Source: an uncultured Candidatus Peribacteria bacterium
GTDB taxonomy: Bacteria; Patescibacteriota; Gracilibacteria; UBA1369; GCA-2718715
Reading direction: 5' to 3'
Length of the DNA stretch: 64,000 nucleotides
NCBI GenBank assembly: GCA_964451705.1
Contig: CAYVIV010000001.1
Span: forward strand, 62,807-126,806
Shown: piece by piece, positions 1-10,087 of the stretch
How the letters are laid out: each line of letters begins with the position of its first letter
How positions within the stretch are numbered: the first letter of the stretch is position 1
Program-made: the position numbers and the translations under genes
The notes under the pieces: model-generated
Databases searched by the model: none
Seen by the model: only the letters and a program-made list of their open reading frames with translations
Told to the model about the DNA's origin: nothing

Positions 1-497
1 CCAATTATATGAAAATCTTCTGGTGCTTCTAGAACTGTTATTAAGGTGTTAGCTGCAGTTTGACCAATAGCCTGCTTTTGCTCCTCTGATATAACATCAT
101 TTTCCTCTTTGAATTCCAGTTGGATGGTTTTGCCAACTCTTTTTTTTGCTTCGTCGAGGTCTTTAACTCCAGCTAACTCTACTATTATATGGTTTTGCTC
201 TCCAATTTTTGAACTATAGATATTAGGTTCTGAGACACCTAGTTTGTTAACACGCTTATTAATAACTTCTTGGACTCCCTCTATAACATCTTTTTGATCC
301 TCTATGGCGACTTTTCTTAGGTCAATAGCATAGTCCAATTGCGAGCCACCCTGTAGATCTAGCCCAAGATTTATCTTCATATCTTTAATAACCCCTGGCA
401 TAAAGCTTGGTTGTAGGTTTTGTGGGATACTAACTACGAGTATCAGAAGTGCACTAATTAGTATTGTTGGCAGCTTCCAGTTAAAGAAGTTCCTCAT
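1..497 (-). CDS. secD: Protein translocase subunit SecD, N-terminal part (the 3' end lies beyond the window start)
   Basis: Absent from the ORF track because it runs off the edge. My reverse translation from the ATG at 495-497 reads MRNFFNWKLPTILISALLILVVSIPQNLQPSFMPGVIKDMKINLGLDLQGGSQLDYAIDLRKVAIED...VNKLGVSEPNIYSS...IIVELAGVKD. That is an N-terminal TM helix followed by the GLDLxGG, LGVxEP and ELxG motifs of the SecD periplasmic head. Confidence 0.75.
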   Translation of the reverse strand, partial: MRNFFNWKLPTILISALLILVVSIPQNLQPSFMPGVIKDMKINLGLDLQGGSQLDYAIDLRKVAIEDQKDVIEGVQEVINKRVNKLGVSEPNIYSSKIGEQNHIIVELAGVKDLDEAKKRVGKTIQLEFKEENDVISEEQKQAIGQTAANTLITVLEAPEDFHII

Positions 498-520
498 GTA
501 ATTTGATTTTAAATAATAAT

Positions 521-922
521 TTATGAAAAGTTTTGCTGGTGAAGTTGAGTGTCAGTGCTAAAGTTATTACCTTTGCCACTGCGTCCGTAATCATCTTCTA
601 ATTTTACTATATCATCTAGTTCTGGTGTGGAGACCTCAAAAATTTCTGAATCTTCTAAAGCTTCAACGCGATGTATAGTTGGGGGTATGATCTCGAATTT
701 TTGGCCTGCTTGCAAGACTTTTTGCTCTAGTGTGTTGACATCTTTACCGAAAATCATTTTAATTTTACCGCTATGTAGGTACATAGTTTCTATTTTTCTT
801 TCATGATATTGTAGGCTGAGACGGTGACCTTTTTTTACTTCTAAAATTTTGCCTGCATAGTTTTGGTTTTGTGCAAACCAAATTTCACGCCCCCATGGTT
901 TTTGTTTGTATTGTATTTCCAT
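521..922 (-). CDS. Cupin-fold protein, stand-alone type II mannose-6-phosphate isomerase-like domain
   Basis: 133 aa. KPWGREIWF...GHRLSLQYHERKIETMY...IPPTIHRVEA is the cupin His/Glu metal motif seen in the C-terminal PMI half of bifunctional GMP/PMI enzymes. Confidence 0.6.
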   Translation of the reverse strand: MEIQYKQKPWGREIWFAQNQNYAGKILEVKKGHRLSLQYHERKIETMYLHSGKIKMIFGKDVNTLEQKVLQAGQKFEIIPPTIHRVEALEDSEIFEVSTPELDDIVKLEDDYGRSGKGNNFSTDTQLHQQNFS

Positions 923-930
923 ATAATTGA

Positions 931-2415
931 TTATTTTATAATCAGGCTTGAGCCTGTCATTTGCTCTGGTATTGGAATTTGCATTATATCTAGGATAGTT
1001 GGTGCAATGTCTGCCAGACTCCCTTGTTTTATTAGCTCATATTTCTCCTTACTGACTATAAAAAAAGGCACTGGGTTAGTAGTGTGTGATGGGCATGCAC
1101 TACCATCTGGATTTTGCATTTGCTCTGCATTGCCGTGGTCGGCTGTAATCAGTACGCAGTAATTGTGCTCTAGTAATTTAGGCACTAAGGTTTGAAGTTG
1201 TTGATCTATAGTTTCTACGGCTTTTTTTGTAGCTTCAAAATCACCACTGTGTCCAACCAAATCTGCATTTGCATAGTTGATTAAGATAAAGTCTGGATTA
1301 TTTTCAGTAACTGCTGCTAATGTTTTTTGAGTAATTTGTGCAGCACTCATGGCTGGATCATCTTTGAAATTTACAATTTTTTTAGAATCTACTTTGATTC
1401 TGTGTTCGGTTTCTGGAAAATCTTTGTTTTGGCTGTTAAAAAAGAACGTCACATGAGCGAACTTTTCTGTCTCGGCAATTCTTAGTTGAGTTTTTTGATT
1501 TGCATCAAGTACCTGACTCAAATTATTTTGAACTACTGGATTTTCAAATAAATTTGTGGCATCGATACAGTATGAGCCAAAGCTGAATAACTTATGAGTT
1601 TTGACAATTAGATTAGATAGTTGAGCAGCTCTATCGGTTCTAAAGTTTAGAAATATAAATATGTCATCTTGCTGAACGCCTGTATAATTTTTACTGGCGA
1701 TGGCTTTTAGATAGTAGTCACTATCTAAATTGTTTTGGTATTGATTTTCTACTGATTCTAGAAAATTATCAGTTTGAATTGTATCTTGTAGATTGGATTC
1801 TGGGCTAAAAATTAAGTCATAAGCTTGCTGTGTGCGTTCTTGGTTGTGGTCTCTATCCATAGCATAAAAGCGTCCAATTAATGTGCTGAGCGTAAGCCTG
1901 GAGCCTGCTTGGCAATATTCTTGGATCATTTTCAGGTATTTTGGTAAGCTTTTTGCAGGAACATCGCGACCATCACTAATGGCATGTAGATGTATATTCT
2001 TGATATTTGGATATTTTTTGCAGAGCTGCAAAACTGCTGGAATGTGCTGAATATCTGCATGGACTCCTGCATCAGAAATCATACATATTAAATGCAGGTC
2101 GGAATCGAGTTTAGATAAATCTTGATTAAGACTGGGGTGTTCGTAAAATTTGCCACTTTCAATATCTTGATTAATTCTCAGCAATGACTGTGCGACAACT
2201 CGACCAGCGCCCATGGTATAGTGTCCAACTTCAGAGCCTCCCATGGTACCTGCAGGTAGCCCAACAGCCTCACCACTTGCCTGTAGTTGTGTGAGCTCCG
2301 AGTTATTGAGGTGTTTATGAAGCAGGGGAGCGTTAGCTTGTAAGACAGCATTGTAGGGTGTTTTTTCTGCTATCCCTAGTCCATCTAGGCTAATTAGAAC
2401 GACTTTATTTGACAT
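931..2415 (-). CDS. gpmI: 2,3-bisphosphoglycerate-independent phosphoglycerate mutase
   Basis: 494 aa. Motifs SLDGLGIA, GGSEVGHYTMGAGR, ANADLVGHSGD and ITADHGNAE match the metal and phosphoserine sites of iPGM. Confidence 0.9.
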   Translation of the reverse strand: MSNKVVLISLDGLGIAEKTPYNAVLQANAPLLHKHLNNSELTQLQASGEAVGLPAGTMGGSEVGHYTMGAGRVVAQSLLRINQDIESGKFYEHPSLNQDLSKLDSDLHLICMISDAGVHADIQHIPAVLQLCKKYPNIKNIHLHAISDGRDVPAKSLPKYLKMIQEYCQAGSRLTLSTLIGRFYAMDRDHNQERTQQAYDLIFSPESNLQDTIQTDNFLESVENQYQNNLDSDYYLKAIASKNYTGVQQDDIFIFLNFRTDRAAQLSNLIVKTHKLFSFGSYCIDATNLFENPVVQNNLSQVLDANQKTQLRIAETEKFAHVTFFFNSQNKDFPETEHRIKVDSKKIVNFKDDPAMSAAQITQKTLAAVTENNPDFILINYANADLVGHSGDFEATKKAVETIDQQLQTLVPKLLEHNYCVLITADHGNAEQMQNPDGSACPSHTTNPVPFFIVSKEKYELIKQGSLADIAPTILDIMQIPIPEQMTGSSLIIK

Positions 2416-3448
2416 CGGGGTTTTGATTAATAAATTCTTTCAGTAACTTAGAGTTGTCCTTAGGCATTACTAGTATTTTATCACCTGTACAAATAACACT
2501 TAGATTGTCGACTCCAAGTACAGTTATAGTTTTGGTTTTATCATTATTTATGATTATATTGCCATTGCTTTCAAGTGTCATTGTAGCACCTTGTGTTAGG
2601 TTTTGTTCCTGGGAGTGTGCTAGTTGTTCATGTAGGCTTTGCCAGGTTCCAATATCGCTCCAATCTAGATCGGCTGGGATAATTAAAATTTGCTCTGGGT
2701 TAACTTTTTCAATTAAGGCATAGTCAATTGAGATTGCTGTATATTTACTGTAGCTTTGTTCTAAACTCTGCATATCTATTGATTTTGTAGTTTCATAGAG
2801 TTTGGGTGCATGTTTTTCTAGTTCACTGAAAAAGTCTGCAAGCCTCCAGATAAAATACCCGGTATTCCACATGTACTTATATGATTTGAGGAATTCTCTT
2901 GCTTTTTCTATGCTCGGTTTTTCTATGAACTTATCTAAAGTGTATACAGAGGTGTTGTTTTGTGTGCAAAATAAATCTTTAATTTTGGCGTAGCCTAAAT
3001 TGGGATTTGCAGATTTTGCTTTAACCTCTACTATGGCAAACTTACTATGTTTTGCTACTAGTTCATGTCCTAACTGAACTTTCTCGGCATACTCTTTGCT
3101 ATTGGAGATAATATGATCAGCTGGTGAAATGGAAACTGTTTCCTGGTCTCCAAATTTCTTTTGCAGTATTTGCATGGCAAATGCGAGAGCAGGGCCACTA
3201 TCTTTTTTTTCTGGTTCTATTATAATATTTTGACTTGGTAATTCTGGTAACTGTTGTTTGACTATCTCCAGGTATTGCTTGTTTGTAGCGACAAAAATAT
3301 TTTCTGCTTTAGTAAAATTGTGTCTGTCATAGGTTAGTTGCAGTAGAGTTTTGTCGTTAATAAATTTTTGAAACTGTTTGGGCTGTTTTGTCGTCGAAAG
3401 GGGCCATAATCGAGATCCATGTCCTCCAGCTAGTATTAAAAATTTCAT
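2405..3448 (-). CDS. Mannose-1-phosphate guanylyltransferase (nucleotidyltransferase domain only)
   Basis: 347 aa. The N-terminal ILAGGHGSRLWPLS sugar-nucleotidyltransferase signature is present. Length and layout match GDP-mannose pyrophosphorylase without the fused cupin. It overlaps gpmI by 11 nt on the same strand. Confidence 0.8.
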   Translation of the reverse strand: MKFLILAGGHGSRLWPLSTTKQPKQFQKFINDKTLLQLTYDRHNFTKAENIFVATNKQYLEIVKQQLPELPSQNIIIEPEKKDSGPALAFAMQILQKKFGDQETVSISPADHIISNSKEYAEKVQLGHELVAKHSKFAIVEVKAKSANPNLGYAKIKDLFCTQNNTSVYTLDKFIEKPSIEKAREFLKSYKYMWNTGYFIWRLADFFSELEKHAPKLYETTKSIDMQSLEQSYSKYTAISIDYALIEKVNPEQILIIPADLDWSDIGTWQSLHEQLAHSQEQNLTQGATMTLESNGNIIINNDKTKTITVLGVDNLSVICTGDKILVMPKDNSKLLKEFINQNPDVK

Positions 3449-3476
3449 ATAATTGTTTTATGACTTAATAACGCTA

Positions 3477-4187
3477 TCAAATTAGCAGCTGAATGTAAAT
3501 TGATAAAGCAAGATAGGGGATAAACCCAAATTTAATCCCTTTAAGGCTTCTTTTTTTAATTAGGTAGTAAGGTACAAGCACAAGAGTTGCAATCCAGTAA
3601 CTAATAATAATTGTTTCCAGGGTCTGAAATCCAGCAAATAAAAATCCAATCGCCATACCCACAAAAGCGTCGGCAGAGCCAACCCATTTTTTGGCAGAAA
3701 TCAATTCTTGTAAATAAAAGAACACATAACCTACTAAGCCCCAAACTAGTATGTTTAGAATTGAATATTCAAAAAAGAAAAGTCCATATAAAAAACTTAT
3801 AAATGTAAATAAATATAGCAGAAAACTATCTACATACATTTTTTTTAAATCCTGTAGGGCAAGCGCTAGCAAGACTGTGAGCAGAGGGATTAAGACCAAG
3901 GTTGCATAAAAGCCTATGCTCGTTGCTAGCAAGACAGTTGCTACTGCAAATACTAACTCTACTAGGGGATACTGCCAAGAAATTTTATTTAGGCAGTACC
4001 TACATTTACCTTTGTACATTATAAAACTTATGAGCGGAATGAGGTCCAGAGCCTTTAGGGTGTTTTTACAAGTAGGGCATTGTGAGCGTTTGCAGATCAG
4101 GCCTTTTTTGTCTGTGAGCATTCTGCTTTGGATACATTGAGCAAAGCTGCCAAAGCACGCTCCAATAATAAATAGGATTATATTCAT
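3477..4187 (-). CDS. pilD: Type IV prepilin peptidase (A24 family)
   Basis: 236 aa, polytopic. It has paired Cys knuckles (CPTCKNTL...CRYC) and then two Asp-containing segments (ALQDLKKMYVD; GSADAFVGMAIG) in a multi-TM core. Confidence 0.8.
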   Translation of the reverse strand: MNIILFIIGACFGSFAQCIQSRMLTDKKGLICKRSQCPTCKNTLKALDLIPLISFIMYKGKCRYCLNKISWQYPLVELVFAVATVLLATSIGFYATLVLIPLLTVLLALALQDLKKMYVDSFLLYLFTFISFLYGLFFFEYSILNILVWGLVGYVFFYLQELISAKKWVGSADAFVGMAIGFLFAGFQTLETIIISYWIATLVLVPYYLIKKRSLKGIKFGFIPYLALSIYIQLLI

Positions 4188-5620
4188 TCTTGTATTTCTT
4201 TTATAATTTTTTGGTAGAGCTTGATATCTTTATTTGCAGATGCTAAAGCCAAGGCTTTATTTAGATTTGCCTTATAAGAATTAGGATTGTTGAGTAATTT
4301 GTGATTTTGAGCAAGTAGATAATAGGCCTCACTAGAAATTGGATTGATCTTGAGTGTATTTTCAAGGTATTGGATAGACTTGGGGAAATTTTTTGTGAGT
4401 AAATATAAATGCGCTAGATTATATGAGTATAAGTCATGAAAACCAAAGTTATCTTTGAATAATTGCAGTAAACTAGTTGCTTGTTTAAAATCAGATTCTT
4501 TTAAATATATTTGGCACAAATTTGCTAAAATATATGGATTTATGTGTTGATTATTAATGAGGTTTTTATAGTTATTACTAGCATTTTCAAAATTTTGACT
4601 AGCAAAATAACTATGCCCTAAAAATTCTTGAGCTAAATTAGGATCCTTGGTTTCATAGTTAAGTGCTAGATTGAGGTGGCGAATTGCAGAGTTGAAATTA
4701 TTTATTTTGAAATGAGTAATTCCTAGGTATAAATGAGTTTGACTATGATAAGGGTCTAATTTTCTGGTTTTTTCTAAGGTTTGAAAGGCTTTTAGATTTT
4801 CTTTGGCTTTTAAAAAACTATAACCTAGAGTTAGCCAGGCATCGCGAAATAAATTATTTTCTTTGAGGGCTGTGTAAGTAAGTGCACGTGCTGTAACAAT
4901 TTGGTTAAAGTTTAATAGTTGCTTGGCAAATAGAACTTGCAAGAACCCGACAGGGGAGTCTCTAAAAGTTAAATAGAGCTCGTGGTTTTCTAAAAACACA
5001 TTTGCTAGGTAGTAGTACGGGTTATTAACTTGATTTTGACTTAAATTTTTAAAGACTAGTCTGGCCTGTTCAATTTGATGAGTGTTAAGGTAAAATATAG
5101 CTTGTAAAAACTGCACATCGGCATATTGAGGACTTAGAGAGTTTAGGCTTTCTATGGCTTTGGCATTTTTTCTACTATAAATGTAATATTGAGCCTCGAT
5201 TAACTTGCCATAAAGCCCGTAGTTATCTTTAAAACTTGCTGCATATAAATTTTTTTCTGCTAGTTCTGGTTTATCAAGATTCAAATATGCTTCTGCCGAT
5301 AAAATATATGGCAAGGACTCAGTTTTGTTAAGTTTGTTTGCTTTTACAAAGTGTGAAACAGCTAGTCTAAATTCTTGTTTTTGAAAATAGTTAATCCCAG
5401 TTTGCATTTCTTGTTTGTAATCAGTGCTTTCTGACTGAATTTGATTTAATAAGTCTTCTTTTTTAAACTGTTTATTACTAGATTGTTTGGATATCTCTAA
5501 GCTGTTTAGGTCGACTTTAGATGCTTGTGTGTTTTGCTTGAAAACAACCGAGCTCCCAAAGACAAGTATACCGACTATTAGAATTAAAATCGGAGTTTTG
5601 TGGAGCCTTTTTGCTGGCAT
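4184..5620 (-). CDS. Membrane-anchored TPR-repeat protein
   Basis: 478 aa. An N-terminal TM helix (ILILIVGILVFGSSVV) is followed by many 34-residue A/Y/L-patterned repeats (e.g. AEAYLNLDKPELAEKNL, AYYLLAQNHKLLNNPNSYKANLNKAL). Its stop overlaps the pilD start by 4 nt. Confidence 0.6.
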   Translation of the reverse strand: MPAKRLHKTPILILIVGILVFGSSVVFKQNTQASKVDLNSLEISKQSSNKQFKKEDLLNQIQSESTDYKQEMQTGINYFQKQEFRLAVSHFVKANKLNKTESLPYILSAEAYLNLDKPELAEKNLYAASFKDNYGLYGKLIEAQYYIYSRKNAKAIESLNSLSPQYADVQFLQAIFYLNTHQIEQARLVFKNLSQNQVNNPYYYLANVFLENHELYLTFRDSPVGFLQVLFAKQLLNFNQIVTARALTYTALKENNLFRDAWLTLGYSFLKAKENLKAFQTLEKTRKLDPYHSQTHLYLGITHFKINNFNSAIRHLNLALNYETKDPNLAQEFLGHSYFASQNFENASNNYKNLINNQHINPYILANLCQIYLKESDFKQATSLLQLFKDNFGFHDLYSYNLAHLYLLTKNFPKSIQYLENTLKINPISSEAYYLLAQNHKLLNNPNSYKANLNKALALASANKDIKLYQKIIKEIQE

Positions 5621-5672
5621 GAATTTTTTATTTTAGATATCTTTAATTTAGCATTAATTTATATTTTTTTAA

Positions 5673-6152
5673 ATGATTATTCTTGGTTTGGACCCTGGAT
5701 TTGACCGTGTTGGTTTTGGAGTAGTTAGTTTCGCTGCTCGTGAATTTGAATATTTAGGTTCTGGAATTATAAAGACAAACCCTAATCAAGATTTTTATAG
5801 TCGTTTAGCAGAAATTCAAAGTGACTTAAAGCAAATTATCAAGCAACACAAACCAGAATTAGCCTGTGTGGAAAAACTTTTTTTTGCTAAAAACGTTGCT
5901 ACTGCCATGCAAGTAGCAGAGGCTAGGGGAGTTATTAACCTGGAACTATATAATCACTCTATTGATTTTTTGCAGGTAGCTCCAACTACTGTCAAATCTG
6001 CGATTACTGGCAATGGCAGTGCGGATAAGCAGGCGGTAGAGTTTATGGTGAAAAAGATTTTAAAAACCCCAGACTTAAATGCCATAGATGATGCCTGTGA
6101 TGCCTTGGCTATGGCTATTTTTGCTGGGAATAACTATCGCAAAGTTCTTTAA
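5673..6152 (+). CDS. ruvC: Crossover junction endodeoxyribonuclease RuvC
   Basis: 159 aa. MIILGLDPGFDRVGFGVV provides the catalytic DPG start, and DDACDALAMAI is the C-terminal acidic motif. Confidence 0.9.
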   Translation: MIILGLDPGFDRVGFGVVSFAAREFEYLGSGIIKTNPNQDFYSRLAEIQSDLKQIIKQHKPELACVEKLFFAKNVATAMQVAEARGVINLELYNHSIDFLQVAPTTVKSAITGNGSADKQAVEFMVKKILKTPDLNAIDDACDALAMAIFAGNNYRKVL

Positions 6153-7092
6153 GGGTTTTAATTGCTATAAAAGGATTCTGCCCAATAACCGTTTCGTTTG
6201 TGAGTATAAAACCTTTAGCTCCATCCATAATTGACTCGTAGATATCATTGCACTCTGCTCTAGATGGAGTTTTGTTTTCGAGCATAGTTTTGAGAACTTC
6301 TGTTGCAATTAGAACGGGGACATTAAGTTTAACTCCAGTTTTTTGAATTAATTCTTGAGCTTGCGGTAGGTTTTCTAGTCCAAGTTCTACCCCAAGATCC
6401 CCACGGGCAATCATGCATAAATCAGCATGTTTGAGAATGTCTTCAATTTGATTTACAGCGGCTTGAGTTTCTATTTTAGCTACCACCTTGGCTTGGCCTG
6501 CTAGAATATTTTTCAGTTGGATTATGTCTTGCTCATTGTGAATAAAGCTCAGAGAAATCATATCGAGATTGTGCTTTAGACCAAATTCAAGATCTGCTTT
6601 GTCTTTGGAACTTAAAGGTTCTAGTTCTAAATTAATTCCTGGAGCGTTGGCGCCGTTACGATTTTTAAAGCTGCCAGTAGACAGTGCTTTGCAGGTGATA
6701 GTATTGTCTTTAACATCGATTATCTGTAGGCGAATGCTGCCGTCTTTAATTAATATAAACTGACCTATATTTTCTTGCTTGTATAGACCCTTAGCTTTTA
6801 AATTGGGCAAGCTTGGATTGTCATAAGCAAATTGTATTTCTTGCTCCGGTTTGAGATTAACTGTTTGTGTTAAATTGCTAACCCTAAGTTTTGGGCCTTG
6901 CAAATCTTGTAAAATATATACTTGCAGCTTGTTTTCTGCAGCTACCTCTCGGATATCTTTGATTATTTGTACATATTCCTCGTGGGTGCCCCAGCTAAAG
7001 TTGAGTCTAAATGTATTGGCGCCTGCCTGCATTAATTTTTCTAAGCTTTGTTTATCACCAACTTGCGGGCCAATGGTTGCACAAATATACAT
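6115..7092 (-). CDS. pyk: Pyruvate kinase, short form (A and B domains only)
   Basis: 325 aa. ICATIGPQ...GANTFRLNFSWGTHEEY, IARGDLGVE and LTNETVIGQNP are PK barrel motifs. The sequence ends right after the A domain. Confidence 0.8.
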   Translation of the reverse strand: MYICATIGPQVGDKQSLEKLMQAGANTFRLNFSWGTHEEYVQIIKDIREVAAENKLQVYILQDLQGPKLRVSNLTQTVNLKPEQEIQFAYDNPSLPNLKAKGLYKQENIGQFILIKDGSIRLQIIDVKDNTITCKALSTGSFKNRNGANAPGINLELEPLSSKDKADLEFGLKHNLDMISLSFIHNEQDIIQLKNILAGQAKVVAKIETQAAVNQIEDILKHADLCMIARGDLGVELGLENLPQAQELIQKTGVKLNVPVLIATEVLKTMLENKTPSRAECNDIYESIMDGAKGFILTNETVIGQNPFIAIKTLKELCDSYSQQK

Positions 7093-7184
7093 TGAAATTT
7101 ATTTATTTGATTTTATTTTAACATTTTTTATTTGAAAAATAAATCCGCTTGTTTTTGCATCTATGTAATGGTTTATTTGCGTGT

Positions 7185-8972
7185 TTATTTTACAGTCACG
7201 CTTTTTGCTAGGTTTCTAGGTTTGTCTGGATTGTTGTTTTTAAGAATACCTATAAAGTAGCTCAGCAGTTGGACTGGTATTAGGTTAATTATGGCAGTGT
7301 CGACTGTGCTTTCTGGAACTTTTAGCCAAGTATCAAATACAGGGTGGTTTTCAGAGCTGATTCCGATTATAAAGCCTCCTCTGGATTTGATCTCTGTGGC
7401 ATTGGAGATTATATCGCTATAGTTTTGATCTTTTGTAGCTAGAACTATTACTGGAGTTCCCTCAGAGATCAAAGCTAAAGGTCCGTGTTTGAGTTCGCCG
7501 CCTGCAAAGGCCTCGGCATGAATATAGGTGATTTCTTGCAGTTTAATAGCAGACTCTTTTGCGACTGGAAAATTTATACCCTTGCCTATAATAAAAATGT
7601 CCTTGCTGTCTTTAATTTTGGCAGATAGCTTGAGTAGGTGGTTTTCATACCTAGGATTTAGCATATCGTTGATTTTACCAGATGTATCTTTGAGCAGCTG
7701 TTTTGCTGCATTAGTCTTATTGATTGTGGCGTAGGCAAGTAAAATTAAAATTGCAATTTGTGAGCTAGTAGCTTTGGTAGATGCAACTGCCTTTTCTATA
7801 CCTGCATTTAGTAAGATTGTTAGCTCGGCAGTGCGAGCAATTGTAGACTGGTCGACATTGGTAATGCAGGCAGTTTTACAATTCATGCTTTTGCCCATTT
7901 CGATTGCCTCCAGGGTGTCTATGGTTTCGCCACTTTGGCTAATACCGATAATTACTGAGTTTTCTTGTAGCAGTTCTTTGAGGTGGCTGAACTCTGACCC
8001 ATATTCAAAATGAACTTTTTTCTTGGCAATCCTGGCAAATAAGTAGCGTGCGCACATAGCCACAACACCAGTAGTGCCACAACCTACAAAATATACATCT
8101 TCTGCATTTTTAATTATTTCGGCTAGCTCTTCGAGTCTTTGATTTGTTTGGTTGATGGCTCTTAGGAGTGAGTCTTTTTGCTCCATGATTTCTTTAATCA
8201 TAAAGTGATCAAACTCTCCAAGCTCTGCCTCCTGGGCATCTAGTTCTACTTGGATTTGTCTTTTTTCGATTTGTTGTAGGGATTTTAAATCAAAGAACCT
8301 TGTGCTTATTTCTTGGCCATTGAGGGTTAGCACAGCTAGTTGATTGTCGTCTAAATATGTAACGTTATTTGTATGATTTAAGAAGGCTGGTATATCAGAC
8401 GCGATATATATTTGTTTATTTTCAAGATTGTTGCCAATAATAATCGGGGAGCCATTACGTATTGCATAGAGGTTGTTGTCGTTTAAAAATTTAATAACCA
8501 TGGCATACCTACCTTTAAGAGTTTTGTTGAGTTGAGCCAGTGCTTCAAGTGGGTTGAGAGTTTTTGTGAGGTCTTCCAATAAGACAGCTGCGACCTCGGA
8601 GTCAGTTTGACTGTAGAAACTATAGCCTTTGGCTTCTAGTTGTTTTTTGATTTCTAAATAATTTTCAAAAATCCCATTGTGGACAAGCATAATCTGCTTG
8701 TTATTAGAAACATGAGGATGGGCGTTTTCTTTTGTAACGCCTCCATGGGTCGCCCAGCGAGAGTGTCCAATTGCAAAATTAGTTTCTGCATTAGCAAATG
8801 GGTTTGTAGAGTGTTCTATCTCTCCTGTTTGTTTGTGAATGATAAATTCTTGCTTTGTAGTTATGGCAATTCCAAAAGAATCATAGCCTCTGTACTCTAA
8901 TTTTTTAAGTCCATCTAAGACTATTTGTCCTGGATCTGTGTCTATACCGATAAAACCAAAAATACCACACAT
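7185..8972 (-). CDS. glmS: Glutamine--fructose-6-phosphate aminotransferase
   Basis: 595 aa. It has the MCGIFGFIG Ntn-Cys start, two SIS domains and the C-terminal NLAKSVTVK tail. Confidence 0.95.
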   Translation of the reverse strand: MCGIFGFIGIDTDPGQIVLDGLKKLEYRGYDSFGIAITTKQEFIIHKQTGEIEHSTNPFANAETNFAIGHSRWATHGGVTKENAHPHVSNNKQIMLVHNGIFENYLEIKKQLEAKGYSFYSQTDSEVAAVLLEDLTKTLNPLEALAQLNKTLKGRYAMVIKFLNDNNLYAIRNGSPIIIGNNLENKQIYIASDIPAFLNHTNNVTYLDDNQLAVLTLNGQEISTRFFDLKSLQQIEKRQIQVELDAQEAELGEFDHFMIKEIMEQKDSLLRAINQTNQRLEELAEIIKNAEDVYFVGCGTTGVVAMCARYLFARIAKKKVHFEYGSEFSHLKELLQENSVIIGISQSGETIDTLEAIEMGKSMNCKTACITNVDQSTIARTAELTILLNAGIEKAVASTKATSSQIAILILLAYATINKTNAAKQLLKDTSGKINDMLNPRYENHLLKLSAKIKDSKDIFIIGKGINFPVAKESAIKLQEITYIHAEAFAGGELKHGPLALISEGTPVIVLATKDQNYSDIISNATEIKSRGGFIIGISSENHPVFDTWLKVPESTVDTAIINLIPVQLLSYFIGILKNNNPDKPRNLAKSVTVK

Positions 8973-9022
8973 GATATATTTATATTAAATACTTAGTTAG
9001 TTTAATGAGATGAGTTTTCTTG

Positions 9023-10087
9023 TCAAGGACTCCAGTATGAATCTTTGATTGCCTTGGGGAAATTTGTTAAGTTTTTTGAGCCTTTGTCGCTTACCACTAG
9101 CATATCTTCTATTCTAATCCCAAATTTGTCTTTAATGTAAATTCCTGGCTCTATAGTAATGACCATATTTTTCTCTAATTGGTTTTTTGTTGGTGATTTA
9201 CTGCTAATGGTCGGTGATTCATGTACTTCTAGGCCAATCCCGTGTCCTAGTGCATGAGTAAATGTTTCTGCGTGTGGATTTGCTTTTAAAACTTGTCTAC
9301 AGATATCATCTAGTTTTTTGCATGCAACTCCAGTTTGGATAGCCTCTATGCTAGCTGACTGTGCTGCCAATAATGTTTCGTAGGTTTGGATTTGCAGTGG
9401 GCTTGCAGACTTAGGCAAAAAACACCGAGTCATATCTGAGTGATAGTTATCAACTTGAACCCCCATATCAATTAGGACTAGATGATCTTTTTTGAGTTTG
9501 GTATGACCGGGACTGTGGTGGACGTTGGCGGAGTTTTTGCCAAAGCCAATAATTGGTTCGAAACTAAAGCCTTCGGCACCATGCTTGAGAGCTTCGATGA
9601 GCATTATGTTGCGAAGTTGAATTTCTGTGATTCCAGGTTTAAGATGTTTAAGTGTGGATTTTAGGGTTAGTTCATTAATAGCTTGAGCTTTTGCCAGCTT
9701 CTTAATTGCTGCAGCAGATTTGATGGCTCTTTGGCTGGAAATCATAGATTTGTCCGCAATAAAACTGGCAGATTTAAACATACGTTTAAAAGCTCTGTAC
9801 TTGGCATAGCTAAGGTTGTTATCTTGGAAAACTACTGTTTTAATTTTATGTTTTGCTTGAATTGTTTGAATTTGCCTGGGGAGATCCTCAGCTATAATCA
9901 CAGTTAATTCCTCGCTGGCTAATTTTTGAGCGGGGTTTTGGTAGCGAGAGTCTGTAAATAAATAACTTTTGTTTTTCAAGACAATTAAGAAGGCAAAGCT
10001 AGCCTGGAAGCCTGTTAAATGAAAAATATCATGTTTATCGGTTATAAGTAATGCAGATGCATTAAACTTTTTTAATATGGTTTGCAT
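9023..10087 (-). CDS. Xaa-Pro aminopeptidase (M24B family)
   Basis: 354 aa. A creatinase-like N domain is followed by the M24 metal ligand motifs DMGVQVDNYHSDMTR, HALGHGIGLEVHE, ITIEPGIY and RIEDMLVV. Confidence 0.85.
   Translation of the reverse strand: MQTILKKFNASALLITDKHDIFHLTGFQASFAFLIVLKNKSYLFTDSRYQNPAQKLASEELTVIIAEDLPRQIQTIQAKHKIKTVVFQDNNLSYAKYRAFKRMFKSASFIADKSMISSQRAIKSAAAIKKLAKAQAINELTLKSTLKHLKPGITEIQLRNIMLIEALKHGAEGFSFEPIIGFGKNSANVHHSPGHTKLKKDHLVLIDMGVQVDNYHSDMTRCFLPKSASPLQIQTYETLLAAQSASIEAIQTGVACKKLDDICRQVLKANPHAETFTHALGHGIGLEVHESPTISSKSPTKNQLEKNMVITIEPGIYIKDKFGIRIEDMLVVSDKGSKNLTNFPKAIKDSYWSP

Noticed and set aside
8973-9022. A glmS ribozyme upstream of glmS
   Set aside because: Only about 50 nt of spacer is available, and I see no conserved ribozyme core. 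The element is too large to fit.
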